Shown one piece after another: positions 40,561-51,778 of a DNA stretch of 64,000 nt. The notes under the pieces were generated by a model. That model saw only the letters and a program-made list of their open reading frames with translations, had not been told where the DNA came from and ran no database searches. Source of the stretch: Candidatus Omnitrophota bacterium (GTDB lineage Bacteria > Omnitrophota > Gorgyraeia > Gygaellales > JBFMHM01); contig JBFMHM010000003.1 in NCBI GenBank assembly GCA_040753015.1, positions 83,463 to 147,462 of the forward strand. The letters run 5' to 3'. The position numbers and the translations under genes are program-made. Position 1 is the stretch's first letter; the number at the start of each line of letters is the position of its first letter.

Positions 40561-41817
40561 CTATGTTCCCATTTCCCAGCTAGCCAAATATTTTTTTTGT
40601 TCGGCTGTTAAAACATCAATAGAAATACCTAGTGCTTTTAATTTAAGGCTTGCGATTTCTTCATCGATATCTTTTGGCACAGCATAAACCTTCTTTTCCA
40701 GTTTTTTATGATTTTTGGCAATAAATTCCGCTGACTTTGCCTGATTGGCAAATGACATATCCATAACACTAGCAGGATGCCCCTCGGCTGAAGCCAAATT
40801 TATTAACCTTCCTTCGCCAAGCAAATAAATTTTTCTTCCATCGGCTAGAATATATTCATCAACAAAATCACGTATTTGCCTTTTAGCTTTAGCTATTTTT
40901 TCAAGTGCTGGTATATCAATCTCAACATTAAAATGGCCTGAATTAGCTAATATTGCGCCATTTTTCATTACTTTAAAATGCTCTTCTCTAATTACATTAA
41001 TATCACCGGTTACCGTAACAAAAATATCACCAACTTTTGCTGCTTGTTTAAATGGCATTACTTCATAGCCATCCATATTTGCTTCAAGTGCTTTTAACGG
41101 GTCTATTTCGCAAACAATAACCTTGGCACCCATCCCTTTTGCGCGCATCGCAAGGCCTCTGCCACACCAACCATATCCAACTACAACAAAAGTTGACCCA
41201 CTCATTAAAATATTGGTTGCACGAAGTATACCATCAATTGTCGACTGTCCCGTGCCATAACGATTATCGAAAAAATGTTTTGTCTGGGCATCATTTACAG
41301 CGATAATTGGATAAGCTAGTTGTTTTTTTACCTCGAGCGCACGCAACCTTATCACGCCTGTAGTTGTTTCTTCTGTTCCACCAACAAGATGATTTAGTAA
41401 ATTTTTTCTCTCTTTATGCACAGTAGATACCAAATCTGCCCCATCATCCATAGTAATACAAGGTTTTATATCTAAGGCTGCATTTATATGATCATAATAA
41501 GTTTTATTATCTTCACCTTTAATTGCAAATACACTCATATCATAATCTTTCACTAAGGATGCGGCTACATCGTCTTGAGTTGACAACGGGTTTGATGCAC
41601 AAATGGTTAAATCTGCACCGCCTGCCTTTAAAGTTAAAGCAAGCACAGCGGTTTCTGTGGTAACATGCAAACAGCAAGCAACTTTATAACCATCTAGCGG
41701 CTTGCTCTTTTGAAACTGCTTACGAATCAAATTTAAAACCGGCATATTATTTGATGCCCATTCAATTCGCAATTTTCCCTTATTTGCTAACGATAGGTCT
41801 TTTATGTCGTAATTCAT
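40561..41817 (-). CDS. ahcY: Adenosylhomocysteinase
   Basis: SAHH family, ~418 aa, NAD-binding region [18 protein letters not shown]. Confidence 0.85.
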   Translation of the reverse strand: MNYDIKDLSLANKGKLRIEWASNNMPVLNLIRKQFQKSKPLDGYKVACCLHVTTETAVLALTLKAGGADLTICASNPLSTQDDVAASLVKDYDMSVFAIKGEDNKTYYDHINAALDIKPCITMDDGADLVSTVHKERKNLLNHLVGGTEETTTGVIRLRALEVKKQLAYPIIAVNDAQTKHFFDNRYGTGQSTIDGILRATNILMSGSTFVVVGYGWCGRGLAMRAKGMGAKVIVCEIDPLKALEANMDGYEVMPFKQAAKVGDIFVTVTGDINVIREEHFKVMKNGAILANSGHFNVEIDIPALEKIAKAKRQIRDFVDEYILADGRKIYLLGEGRLINLASAEGHPASVMDMSFANQAKSAEFIAKNHKKLEKKVYAVPKDIDEEIASLKLKALGISIDVLTAEQKKYLASWEMGT

Positions 41818-41818
41818 A

Positions 41819-42985
41819 TTATATCTTCCCTGCTTCTTTCTTTAAGGCAGCTGCCTTATCAGTTTTTTCCCAGCTAAATTCTTTTTCTTCCCTGCCAAAA
41901 TGCCCACCACAAGCAGTTTTTTGATAAATTGGCCTAAGCAAGTCTAATTCCTTGATTATGCCTTTCGGCGTTAAATCAAAATGTTTCCTGATTAATTTCT
42001 CAATTCTATCTTCAGGTAGCTTTGCTGTGCCAAATGTATCAACCATTACTGCCAAAGGATCAGCCCTGCCAATAACATATGCAAGCTGAATTAAGCATTT
42101 ATCAGCGAGCTTTGCTGCAACAATATTTTTTGCAACATAGCGGGCAACATATGCACCAGAACGGTCAACCTTTGTTGGGTCTTTACCAGAAAAAGCTCCA
42201 CCGCCATGAGGCACAACACCGCCATAAGTATCAACAACAATTTTTCTTCCGGTCATACCGGTATCTGACTGCGGCCCACCTACAACAAATTTTCCAGTTT
42301 CATTTACATAAAATTTTGTTTTTTTATCAATCCAATCGCCTAAAACCGGGCGGGCAATTACATCAACCAGCTCTTCACGCGCTTCTTTTGTAATTTTAAA
42401 ACCTGTGTTATCAAGAATTTTCTCTGTGTGTTGACAAGCTAAAACAACAGAATCAACTCTTGTTGGCTTGCCATCAACATACTCTACAGAAACCTGTGAT
42501 TTTCCGTCTGGACCAAGATACCTTAAAATCCCTTCTTTTCTAACTTTTGCCATTTTAATTATTAACTGATGCGCAAGGGTTATTGGAAGCGGCATTAAAT
42601 TATTTGTTTCATTGCAAGCAAACCCAAGCATTAACCCTTGATCACCTGCACCGCCAGTATCTACCCCTTGAGAAATATCTGAAGATTGTGTATGAATTGC
42701 ATTTATAATTGCAGCGGTCTCATAATTAAATCCATACACAGCATCAGTATAGCCAATATCTTTAATTACTTTTCGGCATAATTTATGCACATCAACAAAA
42801 CCTTTTGTTGTAATTTCACCACCAACAATCAATAAGCCCATCGTAACATATGTTTCGCAGGCAACACGGCCAAGTGGATCTTGTTTTAATATTTCATCTA
42901 AAACTGCATCTGAGACCTGATCGCACAATTTATCCGGATGCCCCTCTGCTACTGACTCTGATGTAATTAAACGCCTTTCTTTCAT
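41819..42985 (-). CDS. metK: S-adenosylmethionine synthetase
   Basis: [24 protein letters not shown]-terminus and GGGAFSGKD motif. Confidence 0.9.
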   Translation of the reverse strand: MKERRLITSESVAEGHPDKLCDQVSDAVLDEILKQDPLGRVACETYVTMGLLIVGGEITTKGFVDVHKLCRKVIKDIGYTDAVYGFNYETAAIINAIHTQSSDISQGVDTGGAGDQGLMLGFACNETNNLMPLPITLAHQLIIKMAKVRKEGILRYLGPDGKSQVSVEYVDGKPTRVDSVVLACQHTEKILDNTGFKITKEAREELVDVIARPVLGDWIDKKTKFYVNETGKFVVGGPQSDTGMTGRKIVVDTYGGVVPHGGGAFSGKDPTKVDRSGAYVARYVAKNIVAAKLADKCLIQLAYVIGRADPLAVMVDTFGTAKLPEDRIEKLIRKHFDLTPKGIIKELDLLRPIYQKTACGGHFGREEKEFSWEKTDKAAALKKEAGKI

Positions 42986-43728
42986 TTATTCCTCCCTATT
43001 AAAAAATTGTTGATTTCCTTATATGAATCAATATGTCCGATATCAAACCACTTTTTCTTAAAGATAAAACAGAAAACCTGATCTTCTTTATAAAGCCACT
43101 TAATAAAATTTCCTGATGCATCCCTAGAATGACCGCTTTCTGCAAATTCATTCAATAGACTCAACTTTTGTTTTGGAAAAAAATACAAACAGGTTGCTGC
43201 AAGAGTTGACTTAGGATTTTTTGGTTTCTCTTCAAAGTCAATAATTTTGTCTTTACTATCAACCTGCGCTATACCAAATCTATCTGCCATAACCTTATTT
43301 TTTATATCAAATGCACCAATAACCGGCTGCATTTTTTTTCTCTGGCAGAAATCTATAAACTTATTTAGAGGCTCTTCAAAGAAATTATCGCCACCCAAAA
43401 CTAGAATATCTTCATTAATTCGTGCTTTATCAATAACAAATAAAATATCCCCAACTGCACCAAGCCTATCTTCTGGCGAAGTTGTCCCATCATTAATTAT
43501 ATCAATTTTTTTACAAGCGCGATAAGATGCCTTCCAAGAACTAAAATCTTTAAAAAATTTATCATTAGTAATAATGATTATTTTATCAAGTTTTTTTGTT
43601 TTTTCGACTTTTTTAATTAAATAATTAATTAAAGGCTGACCGCCTACAGAAAGCAACGGCTTTGCAGTATCTTTTGTTAATGGATAAAGCCTTGTGCCAT
43701 AACCAGCTGCCAAAATTATCGCAATCAT
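42982..43728 (-). CDS. Sugar-phosphate nucleotidyltransferase (mannose-1-phosphate guanylyltransferase-like)
   Basis: NTP-transferase N-terminus [23 protein letters not shown]; adjacent to a PGI/PMI gene. Confidence 0.55.
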   Translation of the reverse strand: MIAIILAAGYGTRLYPLTKDTAKPLLSVGGQPLINYLIKKVEKTKKLDKIIIITNDKFFKDFSSWKASYRACKKIDIINDGTTSPEDRLGAVGDILFVIDKARINEDILVLGGDNFFEEPLNKFIDFCQRKKMQPVIGAFDIKNKVMADRFGIAQVDSKDKIIDFEEKPKNPKSTLAATCLYFFPKQKLSLLNEFAESGHSRDASGNFIKWLYKEDQVFCFIFKKKWFDIGHIDSYKEINNFLIGRNK

Positions 43729-44786
43729 TCTTTAGCTAATTCGTTTTTTAAAAAATCAATACGCTTGACAGGGGTTGGATCAATCTTGTTTAAAATTGCA
43801 AGATACAATGATATAAAATCGCCAATATATATTAAGGAACAAATTCTTGAAAGAAGCGACTCACCTTCTGAATTTATTTCAATTACTTTATGCGCCTCAT
43901 AAGACAAAATTCTTTTTGTGATTTCTATTCTTTTTAATACTCTTTCGTGCATAGATGAATCCCTTAGAATCAAAACTACAAAATTTTTTATAATTTTCTT
44001 AGGATTTTCCCAGCCAACAATTTCATTATGATTCATCTCTGGTATTAGCGCACTAGAAGAAAGACTTTTAGCATTCTCGGCAAGCTGACCACGAAAACGT
44101 GTAACCACTGCATCAAAATGTTCGTTCGCTGAATAAATCACAGTAAAACGGCCAACCATATCTAAGGCAATTCTTTTTGCCAAGTTATCCCTATTTTTTA
44201 CTTCAGGTGATAATTCCTTTTTTAAATTTTCCAGAACAGTTATTGTTTGATCCAAATCTAATTTTTTATCGCTAGTTAACCCTAAAGCAACAAACACCCC
44301 TAAAAGCGTAAAAAAAGTTAAAGGGAATGCTCCCCTTGGCGGATAACCAGGCTTAACCGAAATAAATGAAAAACCATCATTAAGCGCATATTCTTTCAAT
44401 TTACCACCCGAAGCAATAACAATAATATTTTTAGTTTTCTGTTTAGCTATATTATAAGTACTAATTGTCTCTTCAGTATTCCCTGAATAACTAATAATAA
44501 AAACTAATGTTTCGCTATCCACAAATTTTGGAATCGTATAATCACGATCTACAACCATTGGCAGGCTAATTTTATCTAGTAAAAAAGACCTAATCAAATC
44601 TGCTCCCTGCGCTGAACCCCCAAGCCCGCAAAAAATTATATTTTTTATACTATGAATTGAAATATCATTCTTAAATTTCAACCCATTTTCATACCCTTCT
44701 TTACAGAGCCCTGGAAAATCAAGAATAATCCCAAGCATATTACTTTTATCTAATTTTTTTATTGTGGATAAATTTAATTTAATCAT
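43725..44786 (-). CDS. Bifunctional phosphoglucose/phosphomannose isomerase (SIS domain, PGI/PMI family)
   Basis: ~353 aa, SIS motif FCGLGGSAQGADLI; size and arrangement match the bifunctional PGI/PMI family. Confidence 0.5.
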   Translation of the reverse strand: MIKLNLSTIKKLDKSNMLGIILDFPGLCKEGYENGLKFKNDISIHSIKNIIFCGLGGSAQGADLIRSFLLDKISLPMVVDRDYTIPKFVDSETLVFIISYSGNTEETISTYNIAKQKTKNIIVIASGGKLKEYALNDGFSFISVKPGYPPRGAFPLTFFTLLGVFVALGLTSDKKLDLDQTITVLENLKKELSPEVKNRDNLAKRIALDMVGRFTVIYSANEHFDAVVTRFRGQLAENAKSLSSSALIPEMNHNEIVGWENPKKIIKNFVVLILRDSSMHERVLKRIEITKRILSYEAHKVIEINSEGESLLSRICSLIYIGDFISLYLAILNKIDPTPVKRIDFLKNELAKE

Positions 44787-46515
44787 TTTTTAATAATTCA
44801 TTTAATTTACGCCTGCAAAATTCTTCGACTTCTTTGCCGCTTGAAAATTCCATTGCTTGTTCTACAATACTTTTAGCTTCATCAATAGTTATACTTCTAA
44901 TTATTTCTTTTATTTCAGGAATCAAAGCTGAAGGGATACTAAATTCATCGAGCCCAAGGCCTAAAAGCAAAAAACTATATGCCGGTTCCGCTGCCATCTC
45001 GCCACACATCCCAACTTTGATATTAGCGGTATGCCCTGCTTGAATTATATTTTTTATCATCCTCAACATTGCTGGATGCGCGGGTTCATAAAGATAGGCG
45101 ACTTTTTCATTAGTACGATCAACGGCTAAAGAATATTGTATAAGATCATTTGTCCCGATACTAAAAAAATCCGCCTCTTTAGCTAAAATATCAGCTGTTA
45201 ATGCTGCTGAAGGAACCTCGATCATTACTCCCACTTCTATATCCTTATTAAAAGAAATATTTTTAGACTTAAGTTCTTTTTTAACTTCATCTAATAAAAT
45301 GTTAGCCTGCCTAAGTTCTTCGATCCCTGAAATCATAGGATACATAAGCTTCAAATTACCAAAACTAGAAGCGCGTAAAATAGCGCGGAGTTGTGTTTTA
45401 AAAATATCCGGGCGGGCTAAACAAAAACGGATTGCTCTCCAACCTAAAAATGGAGACATATCAACAGGTACTTTCAATTGGGAAATGAATTTATCCCCGC
45501 CTAAATCTAGCGTTCTGATAATTACAGGATATGGCCTCATGCTTTGCGCAACGTATTTATACGCTTCAAAATGCTCTTCTTCAGTCGGCAAACCATCCCT
45601 ATTCATATAGAAAAATTCTGTTCTATATAAACCAATTCCTTCTGCACCGTGATCACGAATTGTAGGAATCTCATCCGGTAATTCAATATTTGCAACAATA
45701 TTGACTTTCTTAGAATCTTTCGTTACCGCAGGAAGCTTTCTTAAACTTAAATATTTTTTGCTTAAAAAATCTAATTTTTTTTCTTCTTTTTTATAGCTGG
45801 AAATTGTTTTTTCATCAGGATTTATAACAACAACGCCGGTTACCCCATCTACAATTAGAATATCACCATTTTTTATTTCTGAAGTTGCCTTCTCTAGCCC
45901 AACAACAGCAGGTATTTCTAAAGATTTAGCCATAATTGCAGTATGGGATGTCTTTGTTCCAATATCCGTCACAAATGCACTAACATTTCTTTTGTGCATT
46001 GCAGCTGTATCTGACGGAGAAAGATCATGCGCAACTAAAATGACTTCTTCTTTTATCTCATCTAAGTTAAGTTTTTTCTCGCCTAATAAATTACGCAATA
46101 CTCTTTTTCCAATATCCTTAATATCACTCACTCGCTCCTTAAGATATTCATCTTCAATCTTAGAAAATACCTGAACATATTTCTGTAAAACTAAAGAAAA
46201 AATATAGGCAATATGGCGTTGCTCTTTTTTAAGGCGGGTAATCACTTCTTCGATAAGAGTCCTATCCTCCAAAACAAGCAAATGTGCATCAAAAATACGT
46301 GCGCTATCTGTACCCATATCTTTTGCAATTTTATTTTGCAGGTCTATAATTTCTTGGCGCGTTTTAATTAGCGCTTCTTCGAAAAGTTGAATTTGACTTG
46401 GTATATCTTGTTTCCTAATCTTATCCTGCGGTAGGAGTAATTCTTCTTTGCCTAAAAGAAATGCCTTACCAATATGTATACCGCTGGCAGCTGCAATACC
46501 TTTTATTTTCTTCAC
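44779..46515 (-). CDS. ptsI: Phosphoenolpyruvate-protein phosphotransferase (PTS Enzyme I)
   Basis: PEP-utilising enzyme His-domain (GTKTSHTAIMAKSLEIPAVVG) and TIM-barrel C-terminus; ~578 aa. Confidence 0.85.
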   Translation of the reverse strand: MKKIKGIAAASGIHIGKAFLLGKEELLLPQDKIRKQDIPSQIQLFEEALIKTRQEIIDLQNKIAKDMGTDSARIFDAHLLVLEDRTLIEEVITRLKKEQRHIAYIFSLVLQKYVQVFSKIEDEYLKERVSDIKDIGKRVLRNLLGEKKLNLDEIKEEVILVAHDLSPSDTAAMHKRNVSAFVTDIGTKTSHTAIMAKSLEIPAVVGLEKATSEIKNGDILIVDGVTGVVVINPDEKTISSYKKEEKKLDFLSKKYLSLRKLPAVTKDSKKVNIVANIELPDEIPTIRDHGAEGIGLYRTEFFYMNRDGLPTEEEHFEAYKYVAQSMRPYPVIIRTLDLGGDKFISQLKVPVDMSPFLGWRAIRFCLARPDIFKTQLRAILRASSFGNLKLMYPMISGIEELRQANILLDEVKKELKSKNISFNKDIEVGVMIEVPSAALTADILAKEADFFSIGTNDLIQYSLAVDRTNEKVAYLYEPAHPAMLRMIKNIIQAGHTANIKVGMCGEMAAEPAYSFLLLGLGLDEFSIPSALIPEIKEIIRSITIDEAKSIVEQAMEFSSGKEVEEFCRRKLNELLKND

Positions 46516-46784
46516 AATGCTTCCTCTTTAGTCACAAGTTCTTCCAACTCATTAATAGCACCCTCTGCATCACTACCCTGGGCAATAATAAGTATCTCGT
46601 GGCCTGATTCAACAGCAAGCATAAGAATACCCATAATTGACTTACCGTTAACCTTTTGATCGCCTTTTTCAACAATAATATTCGAATCATATTTATTTGC
46701 AATCTGGACGAATAACGCCGCAGGCCGCGCATGAAGCCCAAGTTTATTTTTTACAGTAACCTTTTTCTTTATAACTGGTGACAT
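46512..46784 (-). CDS. ptsH: Phosphocarrier protein HPr
   Basis: 90 aa, active-site GLHARPAA. Confidence 0.8.
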   Translation of the reverse strand: MSPVIKKKVTVKNKLGLHARPAALFVQIANKYDSNIIVEKGDQKVNGKSIMGILMLAVESGHEILIIAQGSDAEGAINELEELVTKEEAL

Positions 46785-48008
46785 TTAAGCCTTCTCTTCG
46801 ATCAGACTAATTATAATTCTTGCTAATTTTTTTGTATCATGACGAATAAAATCTTTGGTCGAAATAATATCATCGCTAATAAATTTATAACCTAAAGATT
46901 TAATTTTATTTATATCGGCCTCTACAGGAAAAGAATTATCCTTACTATATTTATCTAATAATTCTTTTGATATTAATTTTGTATTTAGAATACAATATCC
47001 AATTATTTTTGGATGACTATGCTCAATAATAGCTCTAATATGGTCTGATGCCTTATAATTTGCAGTCTCTCCAGCCTGAGTCATTGCATTACAAACATAA
47101 ATTTTTAATGCTTTCGATTCAATAATTGCTTGGCTAATATTCTTAACTAATAAATTAGGAATTATGCTTGTATATAGGCTTCCCGGCCCAAGTACAATTG
47201 CTTCTGCTTCCATTATCGCACGTAATGTTTCAGGAGGCGCGACAGGATTACTAGGCTTTAAACTTACTCTCTTAATAGGAGAATCCTTAAAACGAAAGTT
47301 ACTTTCCCCTTCTAGAAAAGAACCATCATAATACTCGGCAACTAAAGTAATTTTTTCTAAAGTTGACGGAATAACCTGACCCCTAATCGCTAGTACCTGA
47401 CTAGATTCCTTAATCGCCTTTTCAAAATCCCCAGTAACCTTTGTCATTGCTGTTAAAAATAAATTCCCAAAGCTGTGCCCCGAAAGCGCAGAGTCAGATT
47501 CAAAACGAAATTGAAATAAATCCTGCATCAATGATTCTCTATCAGCCAAAGCAACTAAGCAATTACGGATATCACCCGGAGGAAGAACATCGAATTCTTT
47601 TCTTAAACGCCCAGAAGAACCGCCGTCATCAGCCACAGTAACAATTGCAGTTATGTTTGAAGTATATTGTTTTAAACCATGCAGCATAGTTGAAAGGCCC
47701 GTTCCTCCACCAATTACAACAATCCTCGGACCGCGTTCTAAATGCCTTTTTTGATAAACAATATCTACTAAGTTATCTTTATGCGGCACAAACACTGTGA
47801 CAATTGACACAAAGGCTTTGCGCCCAGAAATAATTATCAAAAAACAGCCGAAAAGCAATGTAGCTATATTAATAAAAGAATTATTAAAATACTTGTATTC
47901 GGTAATTTGATTTACGATTGCGCCAACTACAATCAAAATACCTAAACCGGCTAACCCAATCCAACGTTTAACCCCCATACCAGGGTATAACCATTTCAGT
48001 ATACGCAT
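46785..48008 (-). CDS. YvcK/UPF0052 family gluconeogenesis-factor-like protein (CofD-like), N-terminal membrane segment
   Basis: GGGTGLSTMLHG P-loop-like motif and LPPGDIRNCLVALAD signature of the YvcK/CofD family. Confidence 0.65.
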   Translation of the reverse strand: MRILKWLYPGMGVKRWIGLAGLGILIVVGAIVNQITEYKYFNNSFINIATLLFGCFLIIISGRKAFVSIVTVFVPHKDNLVDIVYQKRHLERGPRIVVIGGGTGLSTMLHGLKQYTSNITAIVTVADDGGSSGRLRKEFDVLPPGDIRNCLVALADRESLMQDLFQFRFESDSALSGHSFGNLFLTAMTKVTGDFEKAIKESSQVLAIRGQVIPSTLEKITLVAEYYDGSFLEGESNFRFKDSPIKRVSLKPSNPVAPPETLRAIMEAEAIVLGPGSLYTSIIPNLLVKNISQAIIESKALKIYVCNAMTQAGETANYKASDHIRAIIEHSHPKIIGYCILNTKLISKELLDKYSKDNSFPVEADINKIKSLGYKFISDDIISTKDFIRHDTKKLARIIISLIEEKA

Positions 48009-48011
48009 ATA

Positions 48012-48482
48012 CTAAATCTTTTTTTCGTCTTCGGCGGATATAATCTTTAAAGCGGTTTTTACATCTTTTATTTGACGAAGGCTTTCGCGAAAATATTTAT
48101 CTTTTAAAAGCCTTGAAATCCTTGCGAGCGCTTTTAAATGTGGGCCAGCGCTTTCCTGAGGAGCAAGCAATAGAAAAAATATATAGGCAGGTTCTCCATC
48201 TAAAGAATCAAAATCTACGCCTTTTTGAGAAACGCCAAAAGCACCAATAAGTTTTTCAACACAATCCGCTTTAGCATGCGGTATAGCAACGCCTTGGCCG
48301 ATTGCAGTAGAACCAAGCTTCTCTCTATTCATTAGAAGCTCGGTAATCTTTACACGATATTTTTTATCAATTTCTCCGCTATTGATTAAAAGATCTACCA
48401 GTTCTTTAATTACTTCTTCTTTTTTTATACCTTTTATATCAACGCTTATTGCTTTTTTAGACAGAAAATCCATTATTTGCAT
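48012..48482 (-). CDS. ptsN: PTS EIIA-Ntr (PtsN)-like regulatory protein
   Basis: EIIA(Fru/Ntr) fold motif GVAIPHAK; ~156 aa; clustered with HPr and EI without any permease. Confidence 0.65.
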   Translation of the reverse strand: MQIMDFLSKKAISVDIKGIKKEEVIKELVDLLINSGEIDKKYRVKITELLMNREKLGSTAIGQGVAIPHAKADCVEKLIGAFGVSQKGVDFDSLDGEPAYIFFLLLAPQESAGPHLKALARISRLLKDKYFRESLRQIKDVKTALKIISAEDEKKI

Positions 48483-48504
48483 ACAAACTCCTCCTAAATA
48501 TAAG

Positions 48505-48577
48505 AGCGGGAGACGGGATTTGAACCCGCGACATCGACCTTGGCAAGGTCGCGCTCTACCAACTGAGCCACTCCCGC
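48505..48577 (-). tRNA. tRNA-Gly (anticodon GCC); CCA not encoded
   Basis: The reverse complement is GCGGGAGTGGCTCAGTTGGTAGAGCGCGACCTTGCCAAGGTCGATGTCGCGGGTTCAAATCCCGTCTCCCGCT, a canonical cloverleaf with anticodon loop TTGCCAA. Confidence 0.8.
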
Positions 48578-48667
48578 ATTAAAACAGATTAAAGAATTAA
48601 AATCTAAGAACTAAGAAAAAAACAATAGGTCTTATTTCTTAAATCTTAGCTCTTAGTTCTGGTTTAC

Positions 48668-48749
48668 TGGGCGGAAGAGGATTTGAACCTCCAAGGGTTA
48701 CCCCAGTAGCTCCTAAGGCTACCGCGTATGCCAATTCCGCCATCCGCCC
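48668..48749 (-). tRNA. tRNA-Leu (anticodon TAG), long variable arm; CCA not encoded
   Basis: The reverse complement is GGGCGGATGGCGGAATTGGCATACGCGGTAGCCTTAGGAGCTACTGGGGTAACCCTTGGAGGTTCAAATCCTCTTCCGCCCA. D-arm GGCGGAATTGG resembles bacterial tRNA-Leu; anticodon loop CTTAGGA. Confidence 0.75.
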
Positions 48750-48873
48750 CAATAAGGCAGATTAAAGATCAAAGAATTAAGAATTAAGAAAAACTAAAAA
48801 ATCACACTCAAAAATAAATTTTTGGTTTTGTTCTTTCTTAATTCTTACCTCTTACCTCTTAATTCTGATTTAA

Positions 48874-48946
48874 TGAGCCGCCCGCGATTCGAACGCGGCA
48901 CACCCACATTAAAAGTGTGGTGCTCTACCAAATGAGCTAGCGGCCC
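48874..48946 (-). tRNA. tRNA-Lys (anticodon TTT); CCA not encoded
   Basis: The reverse complement is GGGCCGCTAGCTCATTTGGTAGAGCACCACACTTTTAATGTGGGTGTGCCGCGTTCGAATCGCGGGCGGCTCA; anticodon loop CTTTTAA. Confidence 0.8.
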
Positions 48947-49006
48947 AAAATAACTAAATTTACATATTCTCACCTAAGCTAACTACTACACTAGACTAAC
49001 CAAATG

Positions 49007-49036
49007 TCCGCCAAAGGCGGATCAGCCTCTGGCTGA
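49007..49036. repeat. GC-rich double-hairpin element, copy C (TCCGCC-AAA-GGCGGA then TCAGCC-TCT-GGCTGA), intergenic between tRNA-Lys and frr, opposite orientation
   Basis: Seen directly. The flanking 12-mer AGCTAGCGGCCC (49037-49048) repeats the 5' end of tRNA-Lys (48935-48946). Confidence 0.55.
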
Positions 49037-49065
49037 AGCTAGCGGCCCGAAATATTTTAAAATAG

Positions 49066-49644
49066 CTATTGAATTAATTCTTTCTCTTTTTCTTTTAGAA
49101 TTAAATCAATTTTTTCTATATATCTATCGGTAATTTTCTGAATTTGCTCTTGTGATTTGAAACGATCATCTTCAGAAATAACTTTATCATTTTCTAATTT
49201 TTTAATCGCCTCATTAGCATCGCGACGAATTGTACGTAATGAAATCCTTCCTTCTTCTGCCATCTCCTTAACCATTTTTGCTAATTCTTGGCGCCTTTCT
49301 TTAGAAAGTTGAGGAAAACTTAAACGAATAATCTTGCCATCATTATTAGGAGTAACTCCTAAATTAGATTCAAGCATAACTTTCTCAATCTCCCCAATTG
49401 CTGAAGCATCCCAAGGTTGAATTACAAGTAGTGCTGCATCAGGCATAGAAATAGCAGCAAGCTGTTTCAAAAGTGTTGGGGTGCCGTAATAATTTATCCG
49501 CATGCCTTCAACTAGAGCAGGGTTTGCCCGGCCGGTTCTCACTTCTAAAAACTCTCTTTTAACTGATTCGATAACCTTATCCATCTTTACTTGAGTCTCG
49601 GTAACAATATCTTTTACTGTCATTTCATCACCTCTAATTAACAA
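49066..49644 (-). CDS. frr: Ribosome recycling factor
   Basis: ~185-aa RRF fold; conserved N-terminal block [52 protein letters not shown]. Confidence 0.85.
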   Translation of the reverse strand: MLIRGDEMTVKDIVTETQVKMDKVIESVKREFLEVRTGRANPALVEGMRINYYGTPTLLKQLAAISMPDAALLVIQPWDASAIGEIEKVMLESNLGVTPNNDGKIIRLSFPQLSKERRQELAKMVKEMAEEGRISLRTIRRDANEAIKKLENDKVISEDDRFKSQEQIQKITDRYIEKIDLILKEKEKELIQ

Positions 49645-50353
49645 CTGTCCCTAGCTTTTGGCCCATTATTACTTTTTTAATATTTCCTTCGACCTTTAAA
49701 TTAAAAACGATTATTGGAAGCTTATTATCCATACAAAGGCTAACAGCTGTTGCATCCATAACCTTAAGGCCCTTCTTTAATACATCTATATATTTTAGCG
49801 ACTTCAATAACTTTGCATCTTTATTACAAACTGGATCACTAGAATAAACACCATCTACTTTAGTCGCTTTCAATATCACATCAGCATTTATTTCCATCGC
49901 ACGAAGCGCTGCCGTTGTATCAGTTGTAAAATAAGGGTTACCGGTACCTGCAACAAATATAACAATGCGCCCTTTCTCGAGATGCCTTATTGCCCTCCTT
50001 CTAATATAGGGTTCGGCAATCCTATTCATATCGATTGCGGTTAAAACGCGTGTAGGCATATTCATTTTCTCAAAGACATTCTGCAAAGCAAGCCCATTTA
50101 TCACAGTTGCAAGCATACCCATATAGTCTGCAACTGCCCTGTCCATGCCAAATTTTAAAGATTTATCCTGGCCCCTGAATATATTACCACCGCCTAATAC
50201 TACAGCAATTTCAACCCCTAATTCTTTTACTTCTCTAACCTGACGAGCGATTGTTTCTAAAATATCTGGATCAATACCATGGCGCTCTTTACCTTGCAGA
50301 GCCTCACCGCTTACCTTTAAGACAACCCGCTTATATTTTGGTTTTTTTATCAT
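49634..50353 (-). CDS. pyrH: UMP kinase
   Basis: Amino-acid-kinase fold motifs [12 protein letters not shown] and [11 protein letters not shown]. Confidence 0.9.
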   Translation of the reverse strand: MIKKPKYKRVVLKVSGEALQGKERHGIDPDILETIARQVREVKELGVEIAVVLGGGNIFRGQDKSLKFGMDRAVADYMGMLATVINGLALQNVFEKMNMPTRVLTAIDMNRIAEPYIRRRAIRHLEKGRIVIFVAGTGNPYFTTDTTAALRAMEINADVILKATKVDGVYSSDPVCNKDAKLLKSLKYIDVLKKGLKVMDATAVSLCMDNKLPIIVFNLKVEGNIKKVIMGQKLGTVVN

Positions 50354-50889
50354 TATTCGCCAAGTTTAAACCTAGTAAATCTCTTGATAATGATGTTCTC
50401 TCCGAATTTAGCTATTAACGAATTACGGTAATCTTCTATTGTTAAAGATGGGTCCTTAATAAAAGGCTGGCGAAGTAAACAATTTTCTTTAATAAATAGC
50501 TCTTTGTCCTGTCCGGATAATTCTGATAGCTTATCTCCCGGAATATCTATATCAGATATGTACTTAGGATTAGTTGCCGCAATTTGCATTGCAACATCTC
50601 TAGAAAATTTGCAAAACTCTTCATTCCGCGCAACAAAATCCGTCTGAGAATTAACTTCAACTAAAACTCCAATCTTATTTCCTAAATGAATATAAGCCTC
50701 AATTCTGCCATCCGAAGCTTCCTTATTACTCTTTTTTGCTACAACCTCAAGGCCTTTCTTCCGTAAAAATTCTTTTGCTTTCTTTATATCTCCCTGACAG
50801 GATTCCAGCGCCTTCTTACAATCAGAAAACCCTGCAGAGGTATCTTCCCTTAATTGTTTTATTAAATCAGCTAATTCCATTCTTACCAC
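50353..50889 (-). CDS. tsf: Elongation factor Ts (short form)
   Basis: N-terminal UBA-like [38 protein letters not shown]; downstream of rpsB. Confidence 0.75.
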   Translation of the reverse strand: MVRMELADLIKQLREDTSAGFSDCKKALESCQGDIKKAKEFLRKKGLEVVAKKSNKEASDGRIEAYIHLGNKIGVLVEVNSQTDFVARNEEFCKFSRDVAMQIAATNPKYISDIDIPGDKLSELSGQDKELFIKENCLLRQPFIKDPSLTIEDYRNSLIAKFGENIIIKRFTRFKLGE

Positions 50890-50894
50890 CTTTA

Positions 50895-51761
50895 TTATTT
50901 TTTAGACTCTTTAGCGGTTGTTTTTGCTTTTAATTTAACCTTTGTTCTTTTTTGCGGCTCTTCTTTTGAAGTTTTCTCCAAGACCTCTTCTACAACCTCA
51001 TTAACAATCTTTTCTTCATCTTTTGCCTTTAAAATAACGCCTTCAGACTCTTTTTTAGACTCAGCAAGATAAGAAAGAAAATCTTTTCTACCTTCAAGAA
51101 TACTATCGCTAATTAATGATGTGATTAATTTAATCGATTTTATAGCATCGTCATTGCCAGGAATAGGATAATTAACATCCTCGGGGTTACAATTTGTATC
51201 AATTAAAGCAACTATTGGTATATCTAAACGCTTCGCTTCTTTAATAGCTGTTTGTTCTTTTTTAGGATCAACGACAAAGATACATCCCGGTAAATTAGTC
51301 ATTTCCCTTATACCCCAAAGACTTTTTTTAAGACGAGAAAGCTCTTTTTCGATGCCTGCTTCTTCTTTCTTAGTAAATTTTTCAATTTCACCGCTTTCTT
51401 GCATCTCTTGTATTTCTTTTAATCTTTTAGTTCTTTTCTTTATAGTTTGAAAATTAGTCAGTAAACCACCTAGCCATCTCTCATTAACATAATACATGCC
51501 ACAACGCTCAGCTTCTTCTTTAATTATACTCTGGGCCTGTTTTTTAGTACCCACAAACATTATCATTTCACCTTTTTTTGCCATTTCTTTTAAGAAATCA
51601 CGCGCTTTGTTCAAGCAATCAACAGTTTTTTCCAAATCAATGATATAAACACCCATACGTTCACCAAAAATAAACTGTTTCATCTTTGGATTCCAACGTT
51701 TGGATTGATGGCCAAAATGTACACCTGCTTCTAAAAGTTGTTTAATAAGCTCGTTAACCAA
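50895..51761 (-). CDS. rpsB: 30S ribosomal protein S2 with a Lys/Glu-rich C-terminal extension
   Basis: LLEAGVHFGHQSKRWNPKM N-terminus. Appears to use a TTG start (51759-51761) preceded by AGGAGGG. Confidence 0.85.
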   Translation of the reverse strand: MVNELIKQLLEAGVHFGHQSKRWNPKMKQFIFGERMGVYIIDLEKTVDCLNKARDFLKEMAKKGEMIMFVGTKKQAQSIIKEEAERCGMYYVNERWLGGLLTNFQTIKKRTKRLKEIQEMQESGEIEKFTKKEEAGIEKELSRLKKSLWGIREMTNLPGCIFVVDPKKEQTAIKEAKRLDIPIVALIDTNCNPEDVNYPIPGNDDAIKSIKLITSLISDSILEGRKDFLSYLAESKKESEGVILKAKDEEKIVNEVVEEVLEKTSKEEPQKRTKVKLKAKTTAKESKK

Positions 51762-51778
51762 TTTTTATTCCCTCCTTA

